From contig CM041465.1 of assembly GCA_023213395.1 (NCBI GenBank), positions 124,565,741-124,629,740 on the forward strand: 64,000 bases of DNA, in the 5' to 3' direction. The DNA comes from Cycas panzhihuaensis (taxonomy: Eukaryota > Plantae > Cycadophyta). The position numbers and the translations under genes are program-made. Within the stretch, counting starts at the first letter, position 1. Every line of letters begins with the position of its first letter. Shown here piece by piece: positions 61,101-64,000 of this stretch. The notes under the pieces were generated by a model. That model saw only the letters and a program-made list of their open reading frames with translations. It was not told the DNA's origin and did not search any database.

Positions 61101-64000
61101 TTCTAGTGCTTGGAACATTATATGTTCGCTCTATAAGAGGATGGATAATGCCAGGGTAGTGATACTTAAAACTTAACTTTTCTCCATTCCATTTATAGGA
61201 TCCATAACAACTCACTATCCCAGATTAAAGTGATCAAGAACTAGTTGTTAGTTATGGGCCAACCACCATTAGACAATGATCTTGTATCCAACATTATTAA
61301 TACTTTTCCACTTAGTTATAATGGCCTCATATCCAATCTATCACATATAGGCCAACTTACTACTATTGATTTCAACACATTTGAGGGTTTATTACTCCAA
61401 GAAGAAGGTATTTTGAATTATTTTGGGAATCTTAAAGCTTCATCTTCTACACCAACATTTGTAGCCAAACATAGAGGAAGATCTCAATGTCCACAACTTA
61501 CACATTAATTTAGTTTAATACATTTGAACTAACAACCTTATTAGTAGCCTAATCATCCATCTCAACCTTATTTATCTTATAATTTATAAGTTGTTTATCA
61601 CTATTGTGGAAAACCTAAACACATGGTACTAGACTATAGATAAAAGAGAGCTAACCTTCATTAACAATAATTTTACAACTGCCCTGATAGATGAGGTAAT
61701 TAGACTTATGAATATGGAAACTATGAGGGACCTCATAGATAAAATCAATTAAATTACTAGGGATCGAGGAGATATAATTATAATACTTCTTAAAGAAATC
61801 AACAAAATAAAAATTGTAATTAAAGATAGAAACAATGAGGCTACATGATTGATTCTCAAATTCTTTTCTTTATTATTTTATTATCACATCATTATAATAT
61901 CACTTGGTTGATCTATTCAAGTGCTTCTCAACATATGATAAGTTCGAAAGAACTCATGACTGATACAAGACTGATCAGGGATCAATTTGTTAGCTTTAGA
62001 GATGATGGAACTTTAGAGGTTGCTAAGATTAGTAATATACCTATCTCATTGAAGAATTTAAACATACATTATCATCTTAATAATGTGTTCTATGTACCTA
62101 ACATGACATGTAACTTACTTTTAGTCAGCCAAATAAATAAATAAAACTTTAATCTTTTGTTTATCCATCTTGGAAGATGCCTAATTACTGATCTAAATGG
62201 CAACTTAATTACCTCAAGATACCAAGATTAGGGACTTTACAAAATTGATGCAGTGACTAGACCATTGATCCATGCACATGAAGTTGATCCTTAGAGTAAT
62301 ACAACTTCAACTCCTTATCCTTCTATTTTAACATCAAATTTAGATGATTAATTTACTTCTCAGATATATATTTCTTTAAAGATTCTAAAAGACAAATCAT
62401 AGAATTAACACCTAGGTCACTTGAATATGGCCAACCTTCATATGCTTTATAAATTGAATGTGGTGCATGGCATACCAAATATCAAGGAGACTAAATGTTT
62501 TTAGCCTGTGTGAAGGGCAAATACCATCAGGCTCCTTTCAGGTCAAATGGGAGAGCCTAACACGCTAAGGATCCTTTAGGCCTAGTACATCTAGATATCT
62601 ATGGGCCCATATCATAGGCATCTATTGGAGCTTATTACTACTTTATCACATTCATTAATAATTACTCTAGAAAATTCTACGTATATTTCATGAAGCAGAA
62701 ATCAAAAGCACTTGATAAATTCCGGGAGTTTAAGTATGGCATTGGAATTTAATTTGGAAAGCCATTAAAAATTCTTTATTATGATAATGTGGATGAATAT
62801 ACATTTAATGCATTCACCTAATTTTGTAAAGATAATAGTATCAAACAATTATTTTTTGCCCTATATACTCCTGAGCATAATGGTATTCTAAGTAAATGAA
62901 TTGGACATTAGTTAGTAAAAGCAAAGCCATGCTGCCACTAAGAGTTTAAGATTTCAATTTTGTGCTGAAGGCCTTTATATAGCTGCATACCTTACAAATA
63001 GAAGTCCTATCAAGGCCACGGTGAATATCACTCTCGAGGAGGCCTGGTCAGGTGAAAAACTTATGGTCTCACTTACATACTTTTGATTGTACAACATATA
63101 TACTTATATTGAAAGAACAAAGAAAAATTTTGGATGATAAGAGCAGGAAATGTAATTTTATTAGTTATCAACCTAACTATAAAGCATATAAATTGTATGA
63201 TCCTACTACTAACCAAATGCATACATCTCAGGATGTTATATTTTTAGAAGAGAACTAGGATGTTGATATTAATTAAATGTCATTCTTTGATGATGAGTTA
63301 GATAAAGCACTAGTTGTGCCTCCTTCTCCATAAAATATACCTCTAGGACATATGCCTCTAACATCTACATTTACTTCTAGTTCCATGTCTACTCCACCTA
63401 CCTCTACTTCCATACCTTCTCCCATTAGTCCTTCAATGGATATTTAAGATAAGGCTATATTGAAATGGTTACCTAAATGGTATATATAGAGGATCTCTTC
63501 TGCTCCTTCATCACCACAATAAGTGAAGAGATAATTAAAATATAGGTCATACACTAGCTTCACCTTAATGGAAAAAGTACTATAAGCTCCAAAACCCTCT
63601 ACTTTTGAAGAAGTTATTATAGATCCAAAGATGAAATTGATTCAATTTTATAAAATGATACTTCAGATCTTGTTATGCCACCTGAAGAGAAGAAACCAAC
63701 TGATTGTAAATGAATTTTTAAAATAAAGTTTCATGCAAGTGGCTCCATTCAATGACATAAAGCTGATTTGGTTACCAAAGGTTTCAAATAGATCAAAGAA
63801 ACTAATTATAATGATACATTTGTACTAGTTTCCAGTATGGCCACCATTAGGCTTATTCTAGTACTTACAACTCAATGTAAATAGTATGCATACTAAATGG
63901 ATGTAAGAAACACCTTCTTAAATGGTGACTTGTAAGAGGAAATCTATATAAATCAACCTCATAGCTTTGTGGTTTATGGAAAAGAACACATAGTTTGTAT
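58185..64000 (+). mobile_element. Ty1/copia LTR retrotransposon 'F', 5' part (LTR, PBS, ~2-kb leader, gag-PR-INT-RT running off the window end)
   Basis: Perfect PBS TGGTATCAGAGC at 58797-58808 after ...CTATCA (58794). LTR start inferred from imperfect inverted terminus TGGTAGGAAATG (58185). Gag from ~60808; WLIYSSASQHM; integrase; KILDDKSRKC; MDVRNTFLNGDL. Confidence 0.8.
60808..64000 (+). pseudogene. Copia gag-pol of element F, disrupted and partial
   Basis: ORF pieces 61245-61508, 61845-62144 and 63052-63258, plus RT motifs at 63700-63960. Confidence 0.85.

Noticed and set aside
1-64000. CRISPR array, tRNA/rRNA genes, prokaryotic operons or defence systems
   Set aside because: None seen. 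The repeats are LTRs, TSDs or degenerate tandem units, and tRNA similarity is limited to PBS complements.

Overview
Eukaryotic, seed-plant-type intergenic heterochromatin (AT-rich and heavily deaminated; gymnosperm-like by inference). I found no intact protein-coding gene, RNA gene or CRISPR array. The window is a stack of nested, decayed retrotransposons. There are two full-length L1-clade LINEs of one family with C-terminal RNase H (13856-20115 minus, with a perfect 17-bp TSD; 22477-34241 plus). There are seven LTR elements, here called G, E, D, A, B, C and F: five clearly Ty1/copia, and D and E non-autonomous with copia-type PBS/PPT. Five of the seven have both ends and recognisable TSDs. 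Older gypsy and L1 remnants lie underneath. One stack is four levels deep: gypsy gag > copia A > LINE2 > Tork/Tnt1-like copia B. Host-derived sequence is limited to an intronless, disabled LAMMER/AFC kinase copy (47260-48322 minus) and a VPS4/SKD1 ATPase fragment missed by the ORF track (42942-43216), abutting a possible cyclophilin fragment. The most unusual observation is that two, probably three, unrelated LTR families carry a fossil 'old LTR end + tRNA-iMet PBS + 16-18 bp' module inside the U5 end, in both LTRs where both are visible. This implies LTR growth by priming at a downstream duplicate PBS. A shared GTGG-T-run-CCC...GGG-TTTT-CCAC hairpin also recurs in four different LTR types. 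All coordinates were read by eye; the boundaries of degenerate remnants are approximate.
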